This document shows, piece after piece, positions 14,297 through 27,277 of a stretch of DNA of 64,000 nucleotides. Positions within the stretch are counted from its first letter, which is position 1. Every line of letters begins with the position of its first letter. A model generated the notes under the pieces. That model made no database searches, was not told the DNA's origin, and saw only the letters and a program-made list of their open reading frames with translations. The stretch is taken from positions 4,774,001-4,838,000 of the forward strand of contig NC_090364.1 in the NCBI RefSeq assembly GCF_035084215.1, given 5' to 3'. A program made the position numbers and the translations under genes. This stretch comes from Heptranchias perlo. Taxonomy: Eukaryota.

Positions 14297-14952
14297 AACA
14301 TGACTTGCCTCTCCCTTTATAATGTCCATTTATTATGGCCACTGCTCCAACCTGAGAAGATCACCCTCTAGTGTACCATTTTGCCACTTCCTGCACCAAC
14401 CCTTTCTAGATCTGACTGACATTGACAATTATCATTCAGCACAGGCGGCCATTTGGCCCATCCTGCCTGTGCCAGCTCTTTGAAAGAGCTATCCAATTAG
14501 TTCCACTCTCCTGCCCTTTCCCCCGTAGCCCTGCAAATGTTCCCACTTCAAGTATTTGTCCAATTCCCTTTTGAAAGTTATTATTGAATCTGCTTCCACC
14601 GCCCTTTCAGCAGTTTTGTTCTGTAATCTATGCCCAGTTTAAAAAAATGGATCAGGACAGTCCAAACTCACTTCACAAAGGCTTCCTACAATCAGCAGAG
14701 CAGCCTTTCATCCCCTTGACTAGATTTGAACTCAGGAACTACAGCAGAAGGGCTCTTTCAAAGAGCCGGCACAGACAGGATGGGCCGCATGGCCTCTGGT
14801 GCTGAATAATAATTGTCAATGACACTCAGATCCAGAAAGGGTTGGTGCGGGAAGTGGCAAAATGCCACGCTGGAACACTAGAGGGTGATCTTCTCAGGTT
14901 GGAGCACTGGCCATAATAAATGGACATTAAAAAAGGGAGAGGTAAGTCTGTT
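14297..14952. repeat. Imperfect inverted repeat; arms 14297-14489 and 14752-14952
   Basis: For example, AATGTCCATTTATTATGGCCACTGCTCCAACCTGAGAAGATCACCCTCTAGTGT in the left arm is nearly the exact reverse complement of ACACTAGAGGGTGATCTTCTCAGGTTGGAGCACTGGCCATAATAAATGGACATT in the right arm. Confidence 0.9.
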
Positions 14953-17900
14953 GGTTTGCATCAACCAGTGCCCCTCTTAATTCTAAGTCGGATATGCACA
15001 GCTCAATTAACATATCTCTCTTTTTCTGCAGGTACCTGCATCTGTGGGATACGCACTCCCTCACCACTCCTTTGCCCAGAATTCCTCATTTCGTTTCCAC
15101 ATAGCTCCCGTTCATTAACCACCCTTCTGCTTGGCAAATAAAACCACAGCAGAATGGCAGCATCCGACTGTCGCATTCAAGTTTTATTTTTTTGGTCACA
15201 CTTGTACAAAAGGAGTGTGAGGATATGCAGCTCATCCCACAGCTGTGAAGGATCGCCTCTCACACTTGTGTCTAACAGCAGCCTTCCATCAGAGCGACAC
15301 TACGTCAGGCATGCAATGTTTCATTATATGATGTACTTCGAAAAGAAGCAATGCTGACCCCTACCACGTAACTAAGTGCAAGCAGAGGTCATCGTTTTTA
15401 ACCTTCACCACTGTTAGTGATAGAAAGACTTGCGATCAGATAGAGCCACGTCACATCTCTTAAATGTTCCAAAGTGCTTCACAATCAATTCCGTTATAGT
15501 ACAGTCGTTATTTAGGCAAACAAGTTGTGCACAGCACAAAAAAAAAATAGCAGTGAAATGAATGACCAGTTGATCTGTTTGTGGTGGTGTTAGTTGAAAA
15601 TACTGCTCAAGAAACCTGTTCTTGCAATAGTGGATAAATATTTTTTCATATAATAAAAATATTAAAATGCTCTGACAATTCAAGTGCTGTTTAATTCTGG
15701 AATGAGCTCTGAAGCCGATGGAGATCAGGGACTCACAAGCAGCAGCGATGATTTCTCCGAGATGGAAAACAAGAATTTTTAAGGCTAAAATAGCTGCCCC
15801 CTTTTCCACAGATTGACCCCCCTCTACCTGCCTCGACCCCACCTCCCCACCTCATCCCTCGACCCCACCGACCCGCCTCCTCACCGCATCCCTCAACCCC
15901 ACCTACCCACCATATCCCACAAATCCACCTTCTCATCATGTCACTGAATCACAGTAACCAGCCTTCTCATTGTATTTCATTGCTGCAGCAGCTCCACTGC
16001 CTGCTTCCTGCACTGCAACTGCAGGGGGGGGAAAAAAAGGCCAAAAAGGAACAAGTGACATCCAAAATAAGACTCAGGACTCTAGTAAAATTTCAAAAAT
16101 AATCAAACGGTATATAATTTATTGTGAAGGAAAAGGTTGATCATACATAGACAAACAAAAAAAAAAAATCCATAACTCCCCATATAAAAGCATCTGCAAA
16201 AAAAAAAATAATGTAGTGCTGACTGAACCGTGCCCAAACACCCAGTTCCTGATAACAGCAGATGATACACAACACACACTGTGTCGGCCCTCTAGAAAAG
16301 GAGATGGAGAGATGCTCAAAAAAGTGCATAACGACAGATGCTTGGACAGAAGGCATTTTGCAAGGTTTCATTTTTAGTTAAAAAGAAATGCAGGTTATGA
16401 TGGAGGCTGTTGAACATTCAGCAATTACCATGAGCTCTATAAATGTACACGGTACGTCAGCACGCAGCGAGGCATCCTCGTCGCGTGTAGCTGAGGACTT
16501 GCTGCAAGGGACAGTCCTTGTCCAACTCAGCTTTAGATTTCACACACCTCGCACTTTGGTTACAGGCACAGTGCCACCTCTCGGGGAGACGCCAAGACTG
16601 GCCAGATGACGCACTCTGCTCTGCTGTGCTCTACGTATCTCACAGAGTGTGTCACCGTACTGACTGCAACTCAATCGGCTATTAATACTTTACAATCCAA
16701 GCTCTTAAAACACAATTATTATGAGTGCTGTGTGCGGGTCGGGTTCAATCATTGCTTTACGATACAAACGAGCAACCTTCCCCAAATCTGTTCATTTTAA
16801 TGTCGAGTTAGTGAGGGTTAAGCTGAAGGAAAAGAGCACATTTCACACCCAATGCCCTCCCCCAAGGTTAAACTACCCGCCCATGCACTCCCAACTCTGA
16901 AAACCCCTATTAGCATCGTCGGGGTTTTAGGTATCAGGGAAATAGCTTCAGGCTTAAGAACAAATGAAACGTAGCAGAGTGCACCCTGCTGTGTCGCTGG
17001 TTGAGTCACAGGAACGTGCCCAGAAGGTGAGATGACTTCCTGGAGTCAGAGGTGCAGCCAGTGAGAGGGACCTTGCACAACGCAGAGGTGGTGCTGGCCC
17101 TGCTGCTCTGCCGCCCATCTTCCAATTGCAACCCACACACTGTTTCGTTAATACTAAAGGCGGCCCCCTGATCCCAGGAAACTCAGGTCAGGGGCTTTGG
17201 GCTGCTGTGTATAGGAAAACCCGAGTTTGCAGCACACACCCTGGTCCAGGTGTAGTGTCTGAAGCAATTCGGGTAACGCAACGGACTGAGGTGGGGGGGG
17301 GGGGGGGGGGGGGCATGTCTGGCACAAATGACAACATGGCATTTCATGCAGAGGCGACATTCAACACTCCGATCTAACCGCACAGCCCAGGTTGTCACCA
17401 TTACTTTTGTGTGTCATGTCCATCATTGCTCTATTTAATACCGGTCAGGCTCCTGTGGTGTTAACACACAGGGGAATCAAGACCAAGTGGGGGAAGTGGG
17501 GTTACAGGGTGAGGGAATAATTGGACCAGGATGTGTGGACGTAATTCAGGCCCCATTTAAAGTCATCATTAATTCCTACCTCCACGTTTATAATGGAAGC
17601 TACCTATGTAAACTTGTCACGCTGAAATTACACCCTCCAGCCAATGATGGCGCCGTGGTGGGAGGGTGTAATTATATTGTGGCAGGTTTACGTGGGCGGT
17701 TTCCATTACAAACGTGGATCAAAGATCCTGGTCCTGACTGCTATTCGGTGACTCAATTGAAAGTGCGTACACAGGATCAGGGTCGGCTGCGATACCCTCC
17801 CGAGTCGAATAGCTGGCAGAGGCTCAATTCTTTGGTTCACCCTCTGGAGCTGCATGCTGACGGGTATCGCCACCTTCAGGAGAGAAGGTGCAGTCACGCG

Positions 17901-18699
17901 TACGGTGGCAGCTGCTGCTCAGAGCGCGAGTGCCGTATTAAAGGCACCTGCGCACACGGAACGTCCAATCCTACACCAGTGACCGTAAAGGCTCGCCAGC
18001 ATAATGTGAAGTGGTACACGACAGTCGGGCAGGTGTTACCGCGGCCCCTGTGCAGCGGCTTTTCCATTTCTGCCGGGGACGCCCTCCAAGGGCATCAGGG
18101 GACGGGGATGCCCTTCCAGCATTCACCTGGAGCCCTGCAGGAGAATAACTTCACCGCACCTTGCACACCAAGCTTTAAACAGGATCAAACAAAATTATAC
18201 AGAAGCCTCGCCTTCCAATTTACCTAACGTCACAGGTGCACTTTCAATATCTTCCTTAAAGCAAAGGTTGGTGTGGACTCTGTGTCCAGTACCGGGCACA
18301 GTGCCACTCTCTCGCGGGCATTAATACACTGGCAGCAAGGGAGAGAAACGAGAGAGGACAGGCAGGGAATATAAAGGCTGCCCGCAAACACTATCCTAAC
18401 TTGCTTTGCCAGCAGGCTGCCTGGCTCCCGGCAAAAAGGAGCCTCTCTTACTTTGGCTCTTAGCGGCTACTGCCGAGGTGCACGGTGCCAAGAGTACGAG
18501 CCTAGAGGAAGAAGAAGGAGGCCCCCCCCCTATGCAATCTCACTCCTGTGACCGCCATAAAGTTCTGCAATCATTCCCTTAAACAACAAAAAGAAAAAGA
18601 TGACTAAGTCACTATCGCTCGGTACAGTCTGTATTTTGACCCCCAATTTAAAATTTTAAAAAAACAAACCAAAGAAAAAAAATTCGACCCCCTCTTCCC

Positions 18700-21600
18700 T
18701 CAGTCTTTACGGAGATTTTTCAGCCGTTTTTCCAGGTCGGCATCTGCGTCTTCCAGAACCACCGGCTCCGCCTTCTTCCCAGCAGCGACGCTGAGGGACG
18801 CCCCGGTACTCGGGAGGTCTGTAAACGAAGAGGAAGCAGTGAGAATTCCGCCTGGACGAGGACTGTTCACCTGATCTGAATTCCGCTCGAGACCACCGAC
18901 TGCAGGCAGCCTCTCTGCTCGCGACGCCCGGACGCGGCCGGCGAGGGCCGCGGCTCGGTGGGTCGCGCTCCCGCCTCGGAGTCAGGAGGTCGTGGGTTCG
19001 AGTCCCACTCCAGAGACTTGGGCACAGGACCCAAGGCTAACACTCCCGCTGCAGTACTGAGGGAGTGCTGCACGGTCGTTGGTGAGACGTTAAATCAAGG
19101 TGGAAGGAAAAGATCCCACTGCACTATTTCGAAGAAGAGTTCTCCCCCGTGTCCTGACCAATATACATCACTAAAAATACTGATTATCTGGTCATTATCA
19201 CATTGCTGTTTGCGGGATCTTGCTGTGCGCAAATTGGCTGCCGCCTTTCCTACATCACAACAGTGACTACACTTCAAAAGTGCTTTGGGGCGTCCTGGGG
19301 TCGGGCAAGGCGCTATATAAATGCAAGTTCTTTCATTGTCTAGAGGTACCACCTTATGCATTGGATGCTCATTAATCAGTACTTCACTGGATTCAGTGCT
19401 AATGTCACACACCACCAGGCCGGGCTCTGCACTAATCTAGTGAGCCTCAAAAGGGTGCCACATATGGAACCATTAACACACAAAGACAGGAAAACATAGC
19501 CAGCCTGCTTGGAAACAGCTCACTGGTTAGATAAGGTGCCTGGATAACCCAACAGGGTTAACACTGCACCAACAGGTTATGTAGAAACCTGTGAAAGCTT
19601 TAATTTGCATTCTGTCACGTCCGACAAGTACGTAGGGCGCTGCTGATCAGTTAAGATACTTACTGGACAGTTCATCCGTCAGGTTCAGACCAAGTTCATC
19701 CAGTACCTGAGACACGATAGCATCACTGCAAAGACAAAATGGAGTCAGTACGGCGTCAGACAGAAAGTGCTTTATTCTCTTTACATTAACTGCGGAGACC
19801 AGCGGATGAAGGTGACCGGACCAAGGTCGGGATTTCTCCTTCTGGGGAGTTGAGGCCGGGGAGGAAGAAAATAAAAAATCTGAAGCCCTAATCGAGGAAT
19901 GTTCAAACTGTGATAGGTGAACCACATAAAACTCTTCCCCCATCGCAGGCCTCGCACTTAAAGCCCAGGCTATTCAGTCCTATCTGTGCTTATTATTCAC
20001 TAGTTTGTCCTGATTGAATTTTGTGGGCCTGGAGATTTGGTAAAAGCCTTTTCTTCGGGTTGTTGCCTCGTAGGTGGATAAATCCTAATCAGAAATCCCT
20101 ACATCAGAAAACCAACCAGTGTCACTAAACTTTATATCATAGAAAGTTACGGCACAGGAGGCCATTCTTCCCATCGTGTCAGTGCCGGCCGGAAAAAAGC
20201 TATCCAGCCTAATCCCACTTTCCAGCACTTGGTCCGTAGCCCTGTAGGTTACGGCACTTCAAGTGCGCATCCAAGTACTTTTTAAATGAGTTGAGGGTTT
20301 CTGCCTCTCCCACCCTTTCAGGCAGTGAGTTCCAGACCCCCACCACCCTCTGGGTGAAAACATTTTTCCTCAGCTCCCCTCTAATCCTTCTACCAATTAC
20401 TTTAAATCTATGCCCCCTGGTTTTTGACCCCTCTGCTAATGGAAATAGGTACTCCCTATCCACTCTATCTCGGCCCCTCATAATTTTATACACCTCAATT
20501 AAATCACCCCTTAGCCTCCTCTGTTCCAAAGAAAACAACCCCAGCCTATCCAATCTTTCCACATAGCTAAAATTCTCCAGTCCTGGCAACATCCTCGTAA
20601 ATCTCCTCTGGACCCTCTCTAGTGCAATCATAACTTTCCTGTAACGTGGTGACCAGGACTGTACGCAGTACTCGAGCTGCGGCCGAACTAGTGTTTTATG
20701 TCCGGGAGGCCCCATCATAATGCGCCTGAGTTCCAAGAGAGAAAGCTTGTCCAAATGGAAGGAATACTGCAATATGCCACTTCTCCCAGCAGAGAGCACT
20801 GGAGCACTGCAGAGGCACAGTCCCATTGTGGACGTGAATATCCTGAAACAAATTTTAAAACAATCTCCCACCAGAGTCTCAAGAGGTTCCAGTTCACCCA
20901 CAGTCGCTCAGTCATCTGCCTTTTACCCGCTCCTGATTTTCTACCGACGTCTCTCCTGAAACACAGGCTCTCGCTGGGACCTGGTCTCCTGGGCACCGAC
21001 AGCCCCTCAAGTACCCCGCCCAATCTCACGTGCGAGTGCAGACCACACGGACTGCAGCGGTTCAAGAAGGCGGCTCGCCACCACCTTCTCGAAGGGCAAT
21101 TAGGGATGGGCAATAAATGCCAGCCTCGCCAGCGACGCCCACATCCCATGAACGAATTTTTTAAAAATGGCGAGCACCAGATTCCCACAGACGAGCCCCA
21201 GTCCTCACTCATCAGCCACAGATATCACCTTTCACCGGTCGGTGCTCGCTGTTATTTAATTGGGGAAAAAAAACTAATTTCACTGGACGGTGAATCGCTA
21301 ACTAGAGGCCATAAGTTTAAGATCACACCCAAAAGACGACATGCATGCTAAACAGCGGAAGCAATATGCTATAGACAGAGCTAAGCGATTCCACAACCAA
21401 CGGAACAGATCAAAGCTCGGCAGTCCTGCCACATCCAGTCGTGAATGGTGGTGGACAATTAAACAACTAACGGGAGGAGGAGGCTCTGCAAACATCCCCA
21501 TCCTCAATGATGGCAGAGTCCAGCATGTGAGTGTAAAAGACAAGGCTGAAGCGTTTGCAACCATCTTCAGCCAGAAGTGCCGAGTGGATGATCCATCTCG

Positions 21601-24600
21601 GCCTCCTCCCGATATCCCCACCATCACAGAAGCCAGTCTTCAGCCAATTCGATTCACTCCACGTGATATCAAGAAACGGCTGAGTGCACTGGATACAGCA
21701 AAGGCTATGGGCCCCGACAACATCCCGGCTGTAGTGCTGAAGACTTGTGCTCCAGAACTAGCTGCGCCTCTAGCCAAGCTGTTCCAGTACAGCTACAACA
21801 CTGGCATCTACCCGACAATGTGGAAAATTGCCCAGGTATGTCCTGTCCGCAAAAAGCAGGACAAATCCAATCCGGCCAATTACCGCCCCATCAGTCTACT
21901 CTCAATCATCAGCAAAGTGATGGAAGGTGTCGTCGACAGTGCTATCAAGCGGCACTTATTCACCAATAACCTGCTCACCGATGCTCAGTTTGGGTTCCGC
22001 CAGGACCACTCGGCTCCAGACCTCATTACAGCCTTAGTCCAAACATGGACAAAAGAGCTGAATTCCAGAGGTGAGGTGAGAGTTACTGCCCTTGACATCA
22101 AGGCAGCATTTGACCGAGTGTGGCACCAAGGAGCCCTAGTAAAATTGAAATCAATGGGAATCAGGGGGAAAACTCTTCAGTGGCTGGAGTTATACCTAGC
22201 ACAAAGGATGATGGTAGTGGTTGTTGAAGGCCAATCATCTCAGCCCCAGGACATTGTTGCAGGAAATCCTCAGGGCAGTGTCCTAGGCCCAGCCATCTTC
22301 AGCTGCTTCATCAATGACCTTCCCTCCATCATAAGGTCAGAAATGGGGATGTTCGCTGATGATTGCACAGTGTTCAGTTCCATTCGCAACCTCTCAAATA
22401 ATGAAGCAGTCCGTGCCCGCATGCAACAAGACCTGGACAACATCCAGGCTTGGGCTAATAAGTGGCAAGTAACATTTGCGCCAGGCAAGTGCCAGGCAAT
22501 GACCATCCCCAACAAGAGAGAGAGTCTAACCACCTCCCCTTGACATTCAACGGCATTACCATTGCCGAATCCCCCACCATCAACATCCTGGGGGTCACCA
22601 TTGACCAGAAACTTAACAGGACCAACCACATAAATACTGTGGCTACAAGAGCAGGTCAGAGGCTGGGTATTCTGCGGCGAGTGACTCACCTCCTGACTCC
22701 CCAAAGCCTTTCCACCATCTACAAGGCACAAGTCAGGAGTGTGATGGAATACTCTCCACTTGCCTGGATGAGTGCAGCTCCAAAAACACTCAAGAAGCTC
22801 GACACCATCCAGGACAAAGCAGCCCGCTTGATTGGCACCCCATCCACCACCCTAAACATTCACTCCCTTTACCACCGGCGCACCGTAGCTGCAGTGTGTA
22901 CCATCCACAGGATGCACTGCAGCAACTCGCCAAGGCTTCTTCGACAGCACCTCCCAAACCCGCGACCTCTACCACCTAGAAGGACAACAACAGCAGGCAC
23001 ATGGGAACACCACCACCTGCACAATCCCCTCCAAGTCACACACCATCCCAACTTGGAAATATATCGCCGTTCCTTCATCGTCACTGGGTCAAAATCCTGG
23101 AACTCCCTTCCTAACAGCACTGTGGGAGAACCTTCACCACACGGACTGCAGCGGTTCAAGGCGGCGGCTCACCGCCACCTTCTCAAGGGCAATTAGGGAT
23201 GGGCAATAAATGCCGGCCTCGCCAGCGACACCCACATCCCACGAACGAATAAAAAAAACAACGGGTGATGCTAGGAGAATTTCTTGTCATTTTTACGCAG
23301 AGGGTTGTTAGGACCAGGAATCCGCTACCAGAAATAGTGGGGGGGCGAGCAGTACCCATCATAGCTTGTAAAAGGAAAGTGGATAAATATTTGAAAGAGA
23401 GAGTTAAAAGGGCATGGGGAAAGGGAGTATAACTGGCTGACTCCAAACACCACCACATTTGCACTGTAAAACGCTACATTTCTATTCTATGAGCTTTAGA
23501 AGCAAACAGAAGGCAGTGGATGGCACAGTGCACTGTTGCCCAGTGAGACATGCCCCGCACCGGCAATACACGACATGGTGAGCTCCCTGATCTCAGGCAA
23601 CCAGAAGAGTGAATCACCACCGCAACGTTCTCACAGTCTGGCATGACCTGGGACCTTGAGACCAGGGAGCTGGTTGGTGTCATTGCTGTGCACAGTCCTC
23701 AAAAGAGGATGATATTGTTAAGAGTCCCTGGAGTGGGACGCTCTTCACTGACCTCTCTTCCTCGTCATCTTCATCGCCCATGGCATCATCGATGGCATCG
23801 TTCATCATTTCCTCCTTCATATCCATGATCTCCGACTGCTTCTCAAACTCCATCATGATCTTCTGAATCTGAGGCAGCTTCAGCTGCAACACAGAGCACA
23901 CGGGGGGGTGGGGGTGGAAGGGAGGTTATGGGGGGTCGCAGACCAGCAGCTCCGAAAGACAGAACCCAGGGACCGTGACGTACCGATCACAGGCTGGGCT
24001 TAGTCGAAACTTTCACCAATAATTTTCTGCGTGGTTGAAACCTTGCACTGTCCCCAAAAACCCCACCCCTCCCAAAAAAAGAAGAGATCCTGAGGTCAGG
24101 TCAGTAGATCCCGGTCACCACAAGTGCATCTTAACAACAAAACACCACAATCACTGTGATGCATTGCAGCAACACGACTCCCACCCCCACTCCACTCCAT
24201 TCCGACTCCCACCCCCGCCCCACTCCACCTGGACCCCCGCCCCACTCCGGCGCCGCCCCCCGCCCCATCCCGACCCCCGCCCCCACCCCTCCAAATGCCA
24301 CCACTCTCAAACAGGACTCCTGACACCAATCCTGTAGCCATTAGGAGTAAAATAAAAATTGAAAATGCTGGATAGTGAACTGGAAGGTCACGTGTCTAAT
24401 GAATCCTGGTTACAAAAAACAATACTGTAAATACACATCAAGTCCCACAGCATCTGAAAGGAGAAGGCGGTTTAATCATTTGGGTGGGATCTTGTCCGTT
24501 CTGATGAAGGGTCTCTACATCCAAAAAGCCGACGTCATCTTTTCTCTTCACAGGTGCTGATTAATGTGTATTCCCAGCATTTATCAAATCTAACCCTATA

Positions 24601-26017
24601 ACCAGGGTTCATTACAGACGGGTGTTTAAATCCTTCCCTCAACAGTGTGACCTCCTCCAGTCCTACAACTCCATCCCCGAACTCTCCGTTGCTCTGACTC
24701 CGGCCTCTTGTGGATGGCCCCTCCTCCCTTTGCCCCACCACTGGCGGCCGACCTTCCAGCCCCTGGGTCTCTGGATTCCTTCCCTAAACCACTCTGCCTC
24801 TCTCTCTCTCGTTAAGACTCTCCTTAAAACCCACCTAATCTCTCCTCCTTTGGCTCAGCATCTATGTTCTTCACACCTCAACACATTTTTCGACCTTATA
24901 AAAAGGAGCTGGATGTAAATAGAAGTTATTGTGTCTTTCTCAACAATTTTAAAATTACAAAACATTCATCAGCAGAAGGATCAGGTTAGCCGCCTCACCT
25001 GCTGGTTCATGGTGGCCATGGCCTTGGTGACTCCCTTCATGGCCTGGGCCATGGTGTTGTTGGATTTCAGCGTCTGGATCTTCAGGGACACGGCCTGGAT
25101 GTTCGCCTTCATCATGATGAACTTCTTCACGTATCTCCGCGTCCGCACCAAGTCTTTCGCCATTATTTTAACCGCATCCTGAGGTTTGGCAAAAGAGACC
25201 CATTCAGCAGAGCCTGGAGCTACTCGGATAGTCACTCGCTCTAGAAACAAGTCACTCGCTCCAGAAACAAGTCACTCGCTCCAGAAACAAGTCACTCGCT
25301 CCAGAAACAAGTCACTCGCTCCAGAAACAAGTCACTCGCTCCAGAAACAAACAGCACCGCCTCGAAGCTATAAATCAGCAACCCAGATTACCATTAAACA
25401 GAAACCAAGAAAACAGGAGTAGGCCATTCGGCCCTGCTCCACCATTCAATATGATCATGGCCGATCCTCTATCTCAATACCATATTCCCACTCCCTCCCC
25501 ATACCCCTTGATGCCTTTTGTGTCTAGAAATCTATCTAGCTCCTTCTTAAATATATTCAGTGACTTGGCCTCCACTGCCTTCTGCGGTCGAGAATTCCAC
25601 AGGTTCACCACCCTCTGAGTGAAGAAATTTCTCCTCATCTCAGTCCTAAATGTCCTAGCCCGTATCCTGAGACTGTGACCCCCCCTCGTTCTGGACCCCC
25701 CCAGCCAGGGGAAACATCCTCCCTGCATCCAGTCTGTCCAGGACACAAAACTGCATCTTATATTCCGCAGCAGGTACAGTATTCCAACCAAAAAGAGCAT
25801 CAGCTTAGCCCCACCCCATAAAAAGTTTTCCTTAAGATACTTCTCCTACCATCTGTCCTTGTTTTGCCATTTTCTTGATGTCCGCAATGATTTTCTTTTC
25901 CTGCTGTTCCAATTTCATCCGCTCGCGGTCCAGCTCCCGCATGGCCCGATTCAGGGCCCGCTGGTTCTGCCGCAGCATCTCCTCCGGGGTCTTTCTTTTA
26001 CCAAATATAGCATTCAT
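18700..26017 (-). CDS. CHMP2A: Charged multivesicular body protein 2A (ESCRT-III), 219 aa; coding exons 26017-25850, 25178-24999, 23883-23753, 19725-19664, 18818-18700
   Basis: MNAIFGKRKTPEEMLRQNQRALNRAMRELDRER...DAVKIMAKDLVRTRRYVKKF...LKLPQIQKIMMEFEKQSE...SDAIVSQVLDELGLNL...DADADLEKRLKNLRKD* with the C-terminal MIM1 motif. Exons total 660 nt with consistent phases and GT-AG introns. Confidence 0.97.
18945..19335 (+). mobile_element. Deu-type SINE in CHMP2A intron
   Basis: tRNA-like head, Deu core and AGGCGCTATATAAATGCAAGT tail. Confidence 0.8.
20130..20698 (-). mobile_element. CR1 LINE 3' portion (ORF2 C-terminus, frame intact)
   Basis: KTLVRPQLEYCVQSWSPRYRK...LERVQRRFTRMLPGL...FTQRVVGVWNSLP in ORF 20209..20901. 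Confidence 0.9.
21337..23258 (+). mobile_element. 5'-truncated non-LTR retrotransposon (CR1/L2-group) with RT domain and one frameshift, inserted into a CR1 fragment
   Basis: RT motifs NYRPISLLS, QFGFR, LDIKAAFD, PQGSVLGP and FADD. A +2 slip in the (GA)n tract at ~22515 relative to the copy at 40351. 3' tail GGGCAATTAGGGATGGGCAATAAATGCC...GAATAAAAAAAA. Confidence 0.92.
25230..25350. repeat. 20-bp tandem repeat (GTCACTCGCTCCAGAAACAA) x6
   Basis: Read directly. It lies about 50 nt on the intron side of a CHMP2A acceptor. Confidence 0.95.
25405..25742 (-). mobile_element. CR1 LINE 3' fragment
   Basis: [19 protein letters not shown]...FKKELDRFLD translation plus CR1 3' UTR. Confidence 0.85.
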
Positions 26018-26217
26018 GGTGCTTCACTGGGCTGTGGGGAAACCAGCGAGACAGTCAGTACAGTTTACTAGGCAGTCCTGTCCAAATCACAAGAGAGACG
26101 ACGACACTCCCACAACCTTCTCCCTCCCTTACTGTCCTGAAGATGTCGGCAGGCCTCCGTACCTCACCCGAGCTGCCATTCTTCGCACGAGTAGCAGGGC
26201 GTTTACGCAACCACAAA

Positions 26218-26665
26218 GGAAGGACTCGCATTTATATAGCACCTTTCACAACCTCAGGACGTCCCAAAACACTTTACAACCAATGAAGTACTTTTGAAGT
26301 GTAGTCACTGTTGTAATGTAGGAAACGTGGCAGCCAATTTGCGCACAGCAAGATCCCACAAACAGCAATGAGATAGAACGACCAGGTAAACTGTAGTTTA
26401 GTGATGTTGGTTGAGAAATAAACATTGGCCCAGGACACCGGGGAGAACGCCCCTGCTCCTCTTTGAAATAGTGGCCGTGGGATATTTTACGCCCGCCCGA
26501 GAGGGCAGGCGGGGCCTCGGTTTAACGTCTCATCCGAAAGACGGCACCTCCGGCAGGGCGGCGCTCCCTCAGTACTGGATTTTGCGCTCGAGTCTCTGGA
26601 GCGGGGCTCGAACCCACGACCTGCTGACTCCGAGGCGAGAGAGCGCGGCCCGCTGAGGCATGGCA
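26218..26665 (-). mobile_element. Deu-type SINE, near full length
   Basis: Reverse complement of the family seen at 5133 and 44310. Confidence 0.85.
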
Positions 26666-26685
26666 GACGCCAAAAGGCATCACCA

Positions 26686-26820
26686 GCACCCCCGGGCCCC
26701 CTTCACCGGCACCCCCTTCACCGGCACCCCCGCGCCCCCTTCACCGGCACCCCCGCGCCCCCTTCACCGGCACCCCCGCGCCCCCTTCACCGGCACCCCC
26801 GTGCCCCCTTCACCGGCACC
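26686..26820. repeat. ~23-bp GC-rich tandem repeat (GCACCCCCGCGCCCCCTTCACCG)
   Basis: About 6 variable units read directly. Confidence 0.9.
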
Positions 26821-27277
26821 AACTGGGGGAGAGCAGGAGCCCAATTCTCCATCTCCAGCTTCCACATGGGAACCCCAGCGCTGCAGGAGCCGAACCTGGG
26901 GAACCTCCTGGTCCCTGCGGCTCAGCACCGGGCGGTGTTCGTACCCGGGGTGGGTGTCGGAGGGGGTGGAGCAGGCCGCTCTCCCCCCCCCCCCACCCTC
27001 CACCCACTGTGGACAGGGGCTCACTGCCCGCCCTGACTGACGGGCCTCCGGGTTAGATCCCAAACCTCAGCGGCCTGAGGGCCGGGGGAGGGGACACAGC
27101 GAGCGAGAGCAGCGGGGCTGGGTCCTGGGTCTCGGTCTGTCGGCAGCAGCCTGGTCCCCGGCCGCCGCCGCTCACGGGGGATGGTACCTGAAGGGAGGCC
27201 GAGGGCCGCGGCCTGCGCCTCGGGGGGGGGGGGGGGGAACCTCGGCCTCTTGCGCCGGGGAGCTGAGGTTTAGAGGA

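Noticed and set aside
17487-18227. 246-aa plus-strand ORF
   Set aside because: GTG start, no recognisable domain, and antisense to the inferred CHMP2A 3' UTR.
21341-23196. Programmed frameshift joining the two RT ORFs
   Set aside because: The sister copy at 40355 is continuous. The shift is a 2-nt slip in a GA microsatellite.
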